From the NCBI GenBank assembly GCA_042565955.1, contig JBHORG010000006.1:9087-73086 (forward strand): 64,000 nucleotides of DNA, written 5' to 3'. A program made the position numbers and the translations under genes. Shown one piece after another: positions 53,724 to 63,508 of the stretch; position 1 is the first letter of the stretch, and every line of letters starts with the position of its first letter. The DNA comes from Thermoproteota archaeon (lineage in GTDB: Archaea > Thermoproteota > Bathyarchaeia > Bathyarchaeales > Bathyarchaeaceae). A model generated the notes under the pieces. That model was given only the letters and a program-made list of their open reading frames with translations. It had not been told where the DNA came from and did not search any database.

Positions 53724-54314
53724 TTAACCCAAGTTTACTTGCTCGGTACCAATTTTGAATGCTTCAAGGTTAAGCTCTACATATTTTTTCTTTAGTCTTC
53801 TTGCAATAGCCGTTTTTAGTGATTCTTTTGTAACTGGATTCTCGGGAATGCCACAGAGCGCTCCAAGTAGGATTGTGTTAACAACTAAAATGTTTCCAAG
53901 CTTTTTGGCGATATTGATTCCATCGATTTCATACACTTTGTGTGCTTTTTCTCGTATTATGTCTAATATTTTTTCATGATTATATGCACCTAAATCATGA
54001 GAATATGTGCTAGGGGGAATGTACTTTGTGTTTAATACAATTGTTCCTTTTTTGTTTAGCATTGGAAGAACTCTTGCTGCTTCAAGCATTTCAAATCCCA
54101 ATATGATATCGGCTTTTCCTGTCTCTATTAATGGAGCTTGAACCTTTTTACCAACCCTAACATGGGCAACTATTGACCCCCCCCTTTGAGCCATTCCATG
54201 CACTTCCGCTTTAGCAACATCTAGGCCGTCAATAAGTGCAGCTTCACAAAAAATGTCACTAGCAACAACGATGCCTTGCCCGCCTATTCCCGAAAAAACA
54301 ATGTTCAGAACCAT
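53724..54314 (-). CDS. iorB: indolepyruvate:ferredoxin oxidoreductase beta subunit
   Basis: NIVFSGIGGQGIVVASDIF...VHGMAQRGGSIVAHVRVG matches the IorB / 2-oxoacid:Fd oxidoreductase gamma-like domain. Confidence 0.85.
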   Translation of the reverse strand: MVLNIVFSGIGGQGIVVASDIFCEAALIDGLDVAKAEVHGMAQRGGSIVAHVRVGKKVQAPLIETGKADIILGFEMLEAARVLPMLNKKGTIVLNTKYIPPSTYSHDLGAYNHEKILDIIREKAHKVYEIDGINIAKKLGNILVVNTILLGALCGIPENPVTKESLKTAIARRLKKKYVELNLEAFKIGTEQVNLG

Positions 54315-54315
54315 T

Positions 54316-56505
54316 CTACTTTTTGCTCCTTATTACATCGAAAGGGCAAATCTCTTCGCAGACTCCACATCCATAACATAGTGTCGGATCAATCTCAGCT
54401 CGTTCAGAAGTGATAGAAATCGCTGGACACCCAAACTGCTCAACGCAGACACCACAGGTGTTACATTCTTCCAAAATTTCCCTTCTTGGTCCTCTTTTAA
54501 CTAGAAGAGGACAAGGTCTTCTTGAGATTATGACAGAAGGCCCCCTGTACTCTAGAATTTCTCGTATTGCTATCCTTGTTTCTTCAACGTTGTAGGGATC
54601 TACAATTTTTACTTTCTCAATTCCCAAGCTTTTTGCAACTTCTGCTATTTCTATTATTTTTGTTTGCTCCCCTAATGCATTCTTTCCTGAGCCAGGTGTA
54701 GGTTGGTGCCCTGTCATTGCCACCGTGCTGTTATCTAGAATTACTACACAGACATTCGATTTGTTGTAAGCAATATTTAGTAAACCAGGCATACCACCAT
54801 GGAAGAACGTTGAATCACCTATAACCGCAAATACTTTGTCTTTAACTCCTGCATGAGACATGCCTGCAGCTTGTGATATTCCGCCACCCATACAAAGGCA
54901 AGTTTGAACGGTGTTTAAGGGTGACATGAATCCTAGGGTGTAGCATCCTATATCCCCGGTAACGATTTTATCTGTAGATTTACCTTTAAGGGTAAGTGCA
55001 CTTTCTGGACACCATTGAACACAAACAGGCTCACCAACACAGGTATCACATACTAACACTTTCCTTGTGCTAGGATGCAGAGTTATTGCACCATATTCGC
55101 AAGCTTGGATGCACCAACCACACCCATTACATTTCTCATCATCAACTGTTATTGTTTTATCTTCAGTCGATTGACGTAAAGCATCTTTAGGACATGCTGC
55201 AACACATGGTGCTTCTTCGCAGGTTCGACAAGTCATCGCAATATTAGATATTGTGTTAAGTCGTACTGCTCTTATTCTAGACTTAACGGGATTAAAAGTT
55301 GCCTCCTTTTCCATAGAACAAGCATACTCGCATACAACACAACCATTACACTTTTTGGGATTACAGTCAACAAATTGCTTAACTGTATTTAGAGCATAAT
55401 AAAATGCTCTATGTGGACATGCTGGACAAAGCACTGGGGGACGAGACGGCAAATCTAATGGATTATGTAGTTCAGCTTTTTCACATAGGCCTAAATCCAC
55501 AAAGGCATCTCTAATTACATCAGGTGTAAACTCGCCTATTTCATCTAATTTTGTGTTATTTTTTCCTAGAACATTAGGATGTAAACATTTAATACTATTT
55601 TCGATGTATGGCCGTAATTCTTCTACTACAATTATCTTTTTGACTTTTGAAGCAAATCTCTTGAAAACTTCTGTAGGAAAAGGATACACAAAACCCAGTT
55701 TTAGCCAAGAAAACTGGTTTTTATCCAACACAGATCGTGCATAGTAATATCCAATTCCGCTGCCTACAATCCCAATTTCTTTTCCATTATCTTCGATAAT
55801 ATTGAATTTTGAACGATTAACATATCCGTTCGCTTCCTGCGATTTTTCTTTAAGGACTCTATGCCGTTTAATCGCATTAGATGGAACCATAACCCATCTT
55901 GAGACATCCTTATCAAACTCCGCTTTTCGAGAACCCTTAGAAATCTCCCTAATCTTAACGCGCCCTTTTCCGTGAGCCACACGAGTAGTTAAACGAACAA
56001 TCACAGGCAATTGTAGTCTTTCACTTATATTGAATGCCTCTCTAGTCATGTCTAACGCTTCTTGAGGATTACCCGCATCAAAAAGAGGAATATCCGAATG
56101 AATAGCAAAATACCGCGTATCCTGCTCATTTTGGCTACTATGCATTGCAGGATCATCGCAAACAGCAATAACCAAACCACCTTTAACTCCAGTATATGCA
56201 AGGGTCATCGCAGCATCAGCAGCAACGTTTAATCCAACATGCTTCATAGAAACGATGGACCTTACACCAGACATTGACGCACCTGCAGCAACTTCCAAAG
56301 AAACTATTTCATTTATGCTCCATTCAGCATATATTCCAAAATTCTTAGCCGCATCTGCGATAGTTTCCAGAATCTCTGTAGAAGGCGTTCCTGGGTACGC
56401 AGCCGCAACTTGAACTCCTGCTTCTACTGCTCCTCTTGCAACTGCCTCGTCGCCATTAAGCAATAGGAAACTACCAGGATTGTTAATTGCAATCTTTGCA
56501 TTCAT
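54316..56505 (-). CDS. iorA: indolepyruvate:ferredoxin oxidoreductase alpha subunit with inserted four-cluster ferredoxin module
   Basis: Start taken at MNAKIAINN. TPP/pyrimidine domains (GYPGTPSTEI, GDIGCYTLG, GDSTFFHGG), C-terminal 2x[4Fe-4S], plus about 130 aa with four further Cys groups at 54976-55374. Confidence 0.85.
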   Translation of the reverse strand: MNAKIAINNPGSFLLLNGDEAVARGAVEAGVQVAAAYPGTPSTEILETIADAAKNFGIYAEWSINEIVSLEVAAGASMSGVRSIVSMKHVGLNVAADAAMTLAYTGVKGGLVIAVCDDPAMHSSQNEQDTRYFAIHSDIPLFDAGNPQEALDMTREAFNISERLQLPVIVRLTTRVAHGKGRVKIREISKGSRKAEFDKDVSRWVMVPSNAIKRHRVLKEKSQEANGYVNRSKFNIIEDNGKEIGIVGSGIGYYYARSVLDKNQFSWLKLGFVYPFPTEVFKRFASKVKKIIVVEELRPYIENSIKCLHPNVLGKNNTKLDEIGEFTPDVIRDAFVDLGLCEKAELHNPLDLPSRPPVLCPACPHRAFYYALNTVKQFVDCNPKKCNGCVVCEYACSMEKEATFNPVKSRIRAVRLNTISNIAMTCRTCEEAPCVAACPKDALRQSTEDKTITVDDEKCNGCGWCIQACEYGAITLHPSTRKVLVCDTCVGEPVCVQWCPESALTLKGKSTDKIVTGDIGCYTLGFMSPLNTVQTCLCMGGGISQAAGMSHAGVKDKVFAVIGDSTFFHGGMPGLLNIAYNKSNVCVVILDNSTVAMTGHQPTPGSGKNALGEQTKIIEIAEVAKSLGIEKVKIVDPYNVEETRIAIREILEYRGPSVIISRRPCPLLVKRGPRREILEECNTCGVCVEQFGCPAISITSERAEIDPTLCYGCGVCEEICPFDVIRSKK

Positions 56506-56518
56506 AATTATAGAGCCT

Positions 56519-57850
56519 TCAAATTTTGTCTGAACGCATGTCCAAGACACGTTTTGCTTTTCCCGCGGTTCTAGGAAGTTCGCCAGGTTTTACTAGATTG
56601 ATAATTGGTGAAAGTCCTGTGATATTGTTTACTTTTTGTTTGATTTTTCGCTTCAACATTTCAAGTTCGTGTTGGGTACTTTTTACGCTTGCTTCTGTTA
56701 ATTCCGCATTAATAGTGAAAACATCCAAAGCATCCGGTCTTTCAAGAATTATTTGATATTGTGCGGCTAACTCTGGAAGCCCCATTATAGCATACTCTAT
56801 CTGTGAAGGAAACACATTAACGCCTCTTATTATCATCATATCATCTGATCTTCCTCTTATCCTCATCATTCTGGAGTGACTTCGTCCACATTCACATCTT
56901 TCATTTTCGATAACTGAAATGTCTCTTGTTCTGAATCTTAAAATAGGAAGCCCTGTTTTTGTTAGTGTCGAAAAGACTAGTTCACCTTCTTCTCCAGCGG
57001 GTAATACATCTCCAGTTTTCGGATCAATTGTTTCAATTAGGAAGTGATCCTCCCATATGTGTAAGCCATTATGTTCATTACATTCTACCGAAACACCTGG
57101 ACCACACAACTCGGTCAATCCATATATGTCAAAAGCTTCAATTTCAAGTTCTTTTTCAATTCGTTCTCTTATTCTTTCTGACCAAGGCTCTGCCCCAAAA
57201 AGTCCAATTCTAAGTTTAAGCTCTTTTCCAGGATTGATTCCTCCTTTAGACATTGTTTCAGCAAGGTAGATTGCGTAACTAGGAGTACAACATAATATTG
57301 TTGAACTCAAATCGTTCATGAGTTTTATTTGTCTCTGTGTCATTCCTCCGCTAATGGGAAGGATTGTTGTTCCAATTTTTTGGGCGCCATAATGGAAACC
57401 AAGACCGCCAGTGAATAACCCGTAACCATAAGCGTTGTGCATTACGTCTTCTTTTCTAACTCCAGTGGTGTAGAGTGATCTTGCCATTAATTCTGTCCAA
57501 ACTTCCATATCGTTTATGGTATATGCTCCAACGACTGGATTTCCTGTTGTTCCGCTTGATGCATGTACTTCAACAATATCCACAAGAGGAACTGTAACCA
57601 TTCCAAATGGATAATTGTCTCTTAGATCATTTTTTGATGTAAAAGGGATTTTTTGAGCATCATCTAAGGTTGTTATGTCATCGGGTTTTATTCCTACACT
57701 TTTGAATTTAGTGCGATAAAAAATCGAGTTTTCATAACAATACTTCACTTGCGTTTTTAGTAGGTTAAGTTGATGTTTTTTTATCTCCTCTCTAGTTGCG
57801 GTCTCGATTTTTTTGTTCCAGAATGTATTATCCATAACCGAACTCTCCAA
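56519..57850 (-). CDS. paaK: phenylacetate-CoA ligase (PaaK / coenzyme F390 synthetase family)
   Basis: FWNKKIETATREEIKKHQLNLLK.., HASSGTTGNP AMP-binding motif; likely ATG start at 57835. Confidence 0.88.
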   Translation of the reverse strand: MESSVMDNTFWNKKIETATREEIKKHQLNLLKTQVKYCYENSIFYRTKFKSVGIKPDDITTLDDAQKIPFTSKNDLRDNYPFGMVTVPLVDIVEVHASSGTTGNPVVGAYTINDMEVWTELMARSLYTTGVRKEDVMHNAYGYGLFTGGLGFHYGAQKIGTTILPISGGMTQRQIKLMNDLSSTILCCTPSYAIYLAETMSKGGINPGKELKLRIGLFGAEPWSERIRERIEKELEIEAFDIYGLTELCGPGVSVECNEHNGLHIWEDHFLIETIDPKTGDVLPAGEEGELVFSTLTKTGLPILRFRTRDISVIENERCECGRSHSRMMRIRGRSDDMMIIRGVNVFPSQIEYAIMGLPELAAQYQIILERPDALDVFTINAELTEASVKSTQHELEMLKRKIKQKVNNITGLSPIINLVKPGELPRTAGKAKRVLDMRSDKI

Positions 57851-58555
57851 TTAGATGCCTAAATACACTTTTTTTATGTGATCATTAGACAGCAGTTCTC
57901 TGCCATCGCCTTCTATTATTATTTTACCTTCTTCGAGAACGTAACCTCTATCGGCGATATTTAACGAATCACGGATGTTTTGTTCAACTAAAAGGACTGC
58001 AACACCTTCTTCATTTATTTGCCGTAAGGTATCTAATACTTTTGCTACGATTATAGGAGCTAAACCTAGAGAGGGCTCATCAAGTATCAAGAGTTCAGGA
58101 TTTGACATTAAACTTCTACCTATTACTAGCATCTGCTGTTCTCCCCCACTAAGGGTCTGAGCCATCGCTTTCTCCTTTTTTCTTAGGACCGGAAAAATTT
58201 GGTTAATCCGTTCTTTTGAGTCATTTATTTGTTGTTTATTGTTTATTGTGTATGCGCCTAGAAGCATGTTTTCTTCAACGGTCATTCTTGGAAAGATTTC
58301 TCTTCCTTCAGGAATCATGCTTACTCGTTTCTTGACGATTTCGTATGTTTGTAATTTTTCGATGTTTTCTCCTTTGAACCTTATAGTTCCATTTTTTGTG
58401 GGCAACAATCCCATAATCGTTTTAACTAATGTGGTTTTGCCCGCACCATTCGGTCCAATTATGCTGACTATCTCTTTTTCTTTAAGTTTAAACGAGACAT
58501 CCCAAAGTATCTGAACCAAACCATATCCTGCAGACACATTTTCGACTTCTAACAT
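57851..58555 (-). CDS. livF: ABC transporter ATP-binding protein (LivF-like)
   Basis: Walker A GPNGAGKTT, signature LSGGEQQM, Walker B LLILDEPS. Confidence 0.9.
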   Translation of the reverse strand: MLEVENVSAGYGLVQILWDVSFKLKEKEIVSIIGPNGAGKTTLVKTIMGLLPTKNGTIRFKGENIEKLQTYEIVKKRVSMIPEGREIFPRMTVEENMLLGAYTINNKQQINDSKERINQIFPVLRKKEKAMAQTLSGGEQQMLVIGRSLMSNPELLILDEPSLGLAPIIVAKVLDTLRQINEEGVAVLLVEQNIRDSLNIADRGYVLEEGKIIIEGDGRELLSNDHIKKVYLGI

Positions 58556-58557
58556 TA

Positions 58558-59292
58558 TTATTCCTCATCAAAAGAAATTTTTTTACCTAAGTAGACTTTT
58601 ATTACGTTTTCATCATTGCATACTTCCCTGGGTTTTCCTTCACAGATCTTTTTGCCATGATGAAGAACTGTTACTCGATCACATAATCCCATGATGACTC
58701 TCATTACATGTTCTACAATTAGGATAGTTATTCCCTGGTTGTTGATGCGTTTTATCAACGCAATAGCTTCATCACTTTCTTTGGGTGTCAAGCCTGTAAG
58801 AAGCTCATCTAACAAGAGCAGTTTGGGTGATGTAGCCAGAGCTCTTGCAAGTTGGATACGCCTTAATTCAATAACATTCAAATTCTTTGCTGGAATATTG
58901 AATTTTTCTTTGTCAAGACCAACAAAATTTAGAAGTTCTTTGGCTTTACTCAAAGAGTCTTCTTCTAGTACGTCTTTCCTACCAAAAAGGACTCCAATAT
59001 GCACATTTTCTAGAGCAGTCATATCCGGAAACGATTGTACAGTTTGAGATGTTTTTGTTATTCCTTTAGAACAAATTAGATGTGAAGGAAGTTTTGAGAT
59101 ATCTTCATTTAAAAACTCAACCACGCCATAGTCTGGTTTGTAAATCCCACTAATCACGTTCAATAATGTTGATTTTCCAGAACCGTTAGGCCCCACAAGC
59201 CCAGCAATTTCGTTTTCATTAACTGTGAAATTCACAGTTTTTAATGCTTTGAGACCTCCAAACTCTTTTGAGATGTCAATACAACGAAGCAA
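58558..59292 (-). CDS. livG: ABC transporter ATP-binding protein (LivG-like)
   Basis: GPNGSGKST, LLLLDELLTG, LIVEH. The track ORF extends to 59394 but that part overlaps the divergent ACT gene; TTG at 59292 gives a typical LivG N-terminus (start uncertain). Confidence 0.8.
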   Translation of the reverse strand: MLRCIDISKEFGGLKALKTVNFTVNENEIAGLVGPNGSGKSTLLNVISGIYKPDYGVVEFLNEDISKLPSHLICSKGITKTSQTVQSFPDMTALENVHIGVLFGRKDVLEEDSLSKAKELLNFVGLDKEKFNIPAKNLNVIELRRIQLARALATSPKLLLLDELLTGLTPKESDEAIALIKRINNQGITILIVEHVMRVIMGLCDRVTVLHHGKKICEGKPREVCNDENVIKVYLGKKISFDEE

Positions 59293-59379
59293 TTTTGTAA
59301 TCTCCCAAGTAGAGAAAGAAATGTAGGATAAGTGAAAATATAAATATTGTTTGTAACTTCTTGGAATTAGGGAGAAAAC

Positions 59380-59826
59380 ATGCCAATAAAACAAGTAAGC
59401 GTCTTCTTGGATAATAGACCGGGTGCATTATCTGAAGTAATTACTCATATTGATAAGTTTCAAATAAAGATATTCGCTTTGTCAATTGCTGATGCTGGCG
59501 AGTTTGGTTTAATGAGAATGATAACTGAAGATCCTGAAAGAGCTGCAAAAAAATTGGAGGATGCAGATTTGATTTTAGCAAAGTCGAAAAAGAACACTGA
59601 AGTAATAGTTTTTTTGATAACCGAAAATGCTAAGGTCTCACAAATTGCTAAAATGCTTGGGGATGAAAAATTGAACATTGAATATGCTTATTCATCTGCA
59701 GTTCTGATAGATGGAAAGCTTGCGGTTGTTATGAGGGTTAATGATTTGAATAAAACTGAAATAATTCTAAAAGAAAATAATATACCCACTTTATCTCTAG
59801 AAGAAATTAAGAAGAGCTTTGAATAA
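59380..59826 (+). CDS. ACT-domain protein (two ACT repeats)
   Basis: QVSVFLDNRPGALSEVITHI and a second VIVFLITENAKVSQIAKML repeat; commonly found beside paaK/ior genes. Confidence 0.75.
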   Translation: MPIKQVSVFLDNRPGALSEVITHIDKFQIKIFALSIADAGEFGLMRMITEDPERAAKKLEDADLILAKSKKNTEVIVFLITENAKVSQIAKMLGDEKLNIEYAYSSAVLIDGKLAVVMRVNDLNKTEIILKENNIPTLSLEEIKKSFE

Positions 59827-60041
59827 TTCAGGAATAATCATATAACAAAATTTTCTGCTAAGAAAACATATGTAACTTCTAAAGAATTAGTTTTCTAACT
59901 TGAATATTATTATTTGATAGCCATAAAAAAAATAACATAACTATGTAAGTACATATACACTTCCGTTTAGATGGAGATTTGGATTTTTGGCAGTAAGTTT
60001 ATAGTCTTGCTTACAAGTTTTGTTGTAGTGTGGTTTTGTTT

Positions 60042-60197
60042 TTGGATAAAAGAAAATGTAAAAGATGCGGCTCCGAATTGACCGACGAAGATGTCATGAA
60101 AATAATACTTGAGGACGGCTCATCCGAAACATTTCCATTTTCTACATGTCCTAAGTGTTTCAAAGAAGAACTGCTAGAGAAAGCACACCCTAAATAA
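60042..60197 (+). CDS. possible small zinc-ribbon protein
   Basis: About 51 aa, TTG (or GTG 60030) start; CKRCGS ... CPKC. Below the track cutoff. Confidence 0.3.
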   Translation: MDKRKCKRCGSELTDEDVMKIILEDGSSETFPFSTCPKCFKEELLEKAHPK

Positions 60198-60277
60198 AGA
60201 AAGCAGTATGTTCACAAATAATGAACATCAAGCACCTAGAGATAAAATGAAACGGAAACAAGATAACATACAAGAGT

Positions 60278-60796
60278 TTGTGGGAGTGTGGAAGAGTGAA
60301 AAAAGTTGAATATGAAGCTGCGGATTTTCTCCACAAAAAATGGATAAATTTCAGTAAAAAGTACGACATCAAAGAAGACATTGAAGCATTATTCAAACTA
60401 GTAGAGGGCTCGTCAGGTATTGCACGTAACGAAACAGAAGTATTAGACACAGTTTATGATTCAACACTGGTAGTTTTGGATTCAACATTAGAACTAAACA
60501 AAGAACAAAAAGTTCGTGCATCATACTTTTCGTATAATTTATGTTCATGCGAAGCCTGTCAAAGCGCATGTGGCGCACACATTAACAAAAAGGGGCAGAT
60601 TCGGATAGCGCACAAATTCTTCTTAGATGCACTAAACCAGAAAACTTCTTCGGCAATCGGAGTTCTGGAATTGATGTATACTATACTTCATCAATTATTG
60701 CACGGAATTCTTCCAGGACTTAACGAGGAGTCAATCATAGAAAAGACTGAACAAGTATGGAAAAGCGGCATGAGGGAATTAACAAAAGAAAAATAA
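60278..60796 (+). CDS. hypothetical protein
   Basis: 172-aa ORF; contains CSCEACQSACGAH and HQLLH segments; no family recognised. Confidence 0.4.
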   Translation: MWECGRVKKVEYEAADFLHKKWINFSKKYDIKEDIEALFKLVEGSSGIARNETEVLDTVYDSTLVVLDSTLELNKEQKVRASYFSYNLCSCEACQSACGAHINKKGQIRIAHKFFLDALNQKTSSAIGVLELMYTILHQLLHGILPGLNEESIIEKTEQVWKSGMRELTKEK

Positions 60797-60939
60797 GAAT
60801 TCTTTTTCAGATCCCCTACTTTCTGATTTATTAAACCCCTAATAAATTAATTTTCTTCGATCCTTCTCTCCATTAGATCTCCCACAATCCTTATCTGTAA
60901 CGTACGGCATGATGCGATAATTCGCGAGGAAAATGTCAT

Positions 60940-61911
60940 ATGGGAAATCTTACGGTTGCAGTTCTCGGTAAACTGGGGTACTCTAGTACCTTAGGCAAAA
61001 AAGGCACATCAACAGATATAACTCTCTACAATCTCAAAAAAGGTGAAGACACCGTCACATTCGTAGAGCCAACGCGTTATCCTGATCGTCTAGCACCCCT
61101 GTTTTATGCGTGTTCACTAGCCAAGAAAGCAATTGTTGTTATAGACGAACTAAACGCCATCATAGGCGAAACGCTTGTTATGCTTCAGTGCTGTGGAGTA
61201 AGTAGTGGTTATTTTGTCCTCCGAAACTACATATCACAAGATAAAATTGAACCTCTTGTGAAGGGTACTCCTCTAGAGAATTATGAATTTATCGCCGACG
61301 ATCCAACAGTAATAAAAGAAGCTCTCCTTGTTGAAGCAATAAAAATGCAGCAATCAACATCTCTGAATGGTGAACAAACTTCAGGTACTGTGCCCGTGGA
61401 TCATGCTTTCAACGTGAAGGGTGTCGGAGCCGTTATCTTGGGTGTAGTTACAGATGGTGTAATTCAGAAACATGGTTCTTTGAATGTGATGCCAGGAACA
61501 AAGACGACACACCCGCGTTCTATCCAAAAACACGATGATGAATTCAACTCTGCATACGAGGGAGATAGGGTTGGGTTGGCACTAAAAAACGTCAAAGTAG
61601 ATGAAGTGGAAAGAGGCACAGTACTTACAAGCGACCTCACAGTCAAAACATCCAAGGTTATTAAAGCACAAGCTTCTCTTGTCAAATACTGGTCTACTCC
61701 GATAAAGGCTGGAATGGTGATGCATGTTGGGAAATGGATGCAAGTTCTAAACAGCAAAGTTGAAGCTGTCAACAATAATGGAGACTGGCATAAACCTATG
61801 CTAACGCTGACTTTGAAAAAAGAACTTGTGCACCGTCCTAGAGACTCAGCTGTTTTGATGTATCTAGAGGGCCGAAAGCTACGCGTAACAGGCACCCTGG
61901 AACTTCCATAA
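60940..61911 (+). CDS. EF-Tu/SelB-like protein with degenerate GTPase motifs
   Basis: Domain II clearly present (PVDHAFNVKGVGAVILGVVTDGVIQKHGSLNVMPG...GDRVGLALKNV...ERGTVL). N-terminal G-domain-like fold lacks P-loop GxxxxGK[ST], DxxG and NKxD (reads AVLGKLGYSSTLGKKGT, VEPTRYP, LRNY). Confidence 0.7.
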   Translation: MGNLTVAVLGKLGYSSTLGKKGTSTDITLYNLKKGEDTVTFVEPTRYPDRLAPLFYACSLAKKAIVVIDELNAIIGETLVMLQCCGVSSGYFVLRNYISQDKIEPLVKGTPLENYEFIADDPTVIKEALLVEAIKMQQSTSLNGEQTSGTVPVDHAFNVKGVGAVILGVVTDGVIQKHGSLNVMPGTKTTHPRSIQKHDDEFNSAYEGDRVGLALKNVKVDEVERGTVLTSDLTVKTSKVIKAQASLVKYWSTPIKAGMVMHVGKWMQVLNSKVEAVNNNGDWHKPMLTLTLKKELVHRPRDSAVLMYLEGRKLRVTGTLELP

Positions 61912-62015
61912 AATGTGTTTATCTCACACTTTCATTGAATTCTAACTAAAAAAGAGTAATGCTATCACTTTTCCCATTTTCCCCAAATTGAACTGCAAAC
62001 AATGGGTTTTTTGGA

Positions 62016-62420
62016 TTACCTGTTTTTCGGCGTTGTTAGTATTGAGATTTTAATTTGGTTGATGTATTTGTTGGTGCGGAATGCTTCCACCAGTTTTCTG
62101 ATTGTATCTGCCATTCCTTTGACCACAATTACTTCTATACAATAGTCTTCCGATATGTGGGCATGAAGAAAGGTTGAGATAATGTTTCCGAAACTATGCT
62201 GGATTTCGGATATTTGTCCTTTTGTTGTTCCTCTTTCGTAAATAATTGTTATGGAGGCCGAGATTTCTCCGTCCAACTCTTTGAGGCTTCTGCTTTCCAT
62301 GATATATGTGCGTAAAGCTTGTCGGACAATCTCGGATCTATTCGCGAATCCTTGTTCTATGATCGAGGCTTCTACGCGTTCTAGGAGTTTTTCTGGAACG
62401 GAAATACTAATAATTGTCAT
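62016..62420 (-). CDS. nikR: NikR-type nickel-responsive regulator (ribbon-helix-helix plus ACT-like metal-binding domain)
   Basis: Start at MTIISISVPEKLLERVE.. (RHH), C-terminal HSFGNIISTFLHAHISEDYCIEVIVVKG with His/Cys ligand pattern; the track ORF extends to 62501. Confidence 0.8.
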   Translation of the reverse strand: MTIISISVPEKLLERVEASIIEQGFANRSEIVRQALRTYIMESRSLKELDGEISASITIIYERGTTKGQISEIQHSFGNIISTFLHAHISEDYCIEVIVVKGMADTIRKLVEAFRTNKYINQIKISILTTPKNR

Positions 62421-62537
62421 GTTACGCACCGAGTTATTAACTTTATAGGTTATACTTAAATATATTTTATTAATTTTTATCAAAAATTTAATAAACTTCA
62501 TCGGTGAACATAATAAACATCAAAAAGGTATCAAAGC

Positions 62538-63494
62538 ATGAATAAACGTCAAAAAATCTTTGTGATCACAACAGCTATAATTATTCTCACCACACTATTT
62601 ATCACTACTTTATACTCACTTAAGAACAAAACAGAAAGTGATAAACTAAAAGTCGTAGCCACGTTCTATCCCCTCGCCTTTTTCGCCGAACAGATAGGCG
62701 GCGAAGAAGTAACAGTCAAGCAGCTAATACCCGACAACATGGAAGTACATAATTGGCAGCCATCCTTCGCTGACATTCTAGCATTAGAAGAGGCGGAGGT
62801 AATAATCTACAATGGTGCATCTATTGACCACTGGTTTGAGGAGGACGTACTTCCTATCATCGATTCAAGCAACAAAAAAATTGTAGGAACAACAAATGAA
62901 ATTCAGATTCTTGAAACAGAACAAAAAAACGAAGACAATAAACACGACAATGAACTTGAAGGATTGCATGATCCTCACACATGGATAAGCCCATTCATAG
63001 CAAAACATCAAGCCCAAAAAATATACGAAGCACTCATCGAAAAGGATCAAAATCACAGATTTTACTATACTGAACACTGGCAAAACCTAAATGCACGATT
63101 TGAACATCTGGATAATAATTACTTGAGTGAACTTTCAACTAAACGTAAAGAGGAGATTTTTGTTGCCCATTCTGCTTTTGGATATTTGGCTGGCAGGTAC
63201 GGCTTTCAACAACATGGAGTCATAGGCATTGCAGCGGATGAGCAGCCAACTGCATCAACCTATGCAGACCTCGTAGAAATGATGATAGACCATCAGACAT
63301 ACGTGGTGTATTTAGATCCAATTTATCGAAACGAATCTGCACAAACACTCAAGAACGAGTTGGAACGCCTTTCGGGTCAAGATGTACAAATACTGAAGCT
63401 CTATTTTATGCTCGGTGAAATGGATGGTTTAGATTACTTTGGTCAACAGGAGAAAAACTTGGAAAACCTGAAGATTGGACTTGAAGCAATATAA
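62538..63494 (+). CDS. metal ABC transporter substrate-binding protein (TroA/ZnuA family) with acidic/His-rich loop
   Basis: LKVVATFYPLAFFAEQIGG, HDPHTWISP, AHSAFGYLAGRYG motifs; loop EQKNEDNKHDNELEGLHDPH; N-terminal TM anchor. Confidence 0.85.
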   Translation: MNKRQKIFVITTAIIILTTLFITTLYSLKNKTESDKLKVVATFYPLAFFAEQIGGEEVTVKQLIPDNMEVHNWQPSFADILALEEAEVIIYNGASIDHWFEEDVLPIIDSSNKKIVGTTNEIQILETEQKNEDNKHDNELEGLHDPHTWISPFIAKHQAQKIYEALIEKDQNHRFYYTEHWQNLNARFEHLDNNYLSELSTKRKEEIFVAHSAFGYLAGRYGFQQHGVIGIAADEQPTASTYADLVEMMIDHQTYVVYLDPIYRNESAQTLKNELERLSGQDVQILKLYFMLGEMDGLDYFGQQEKNLENLKIGLEAI

Positions 63495-63508
63495 AAAGTT
63501 GAAATGAA

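Noticed and set aside
60278-60796. HQLLH segment read as a degenerate HExxH zincin motif (SprT/DUF45-like)
   Set aside because: The catalytic Glu is replaced, and I could not align any supporting third ligand or family-specific context. It is left as hypothetical.
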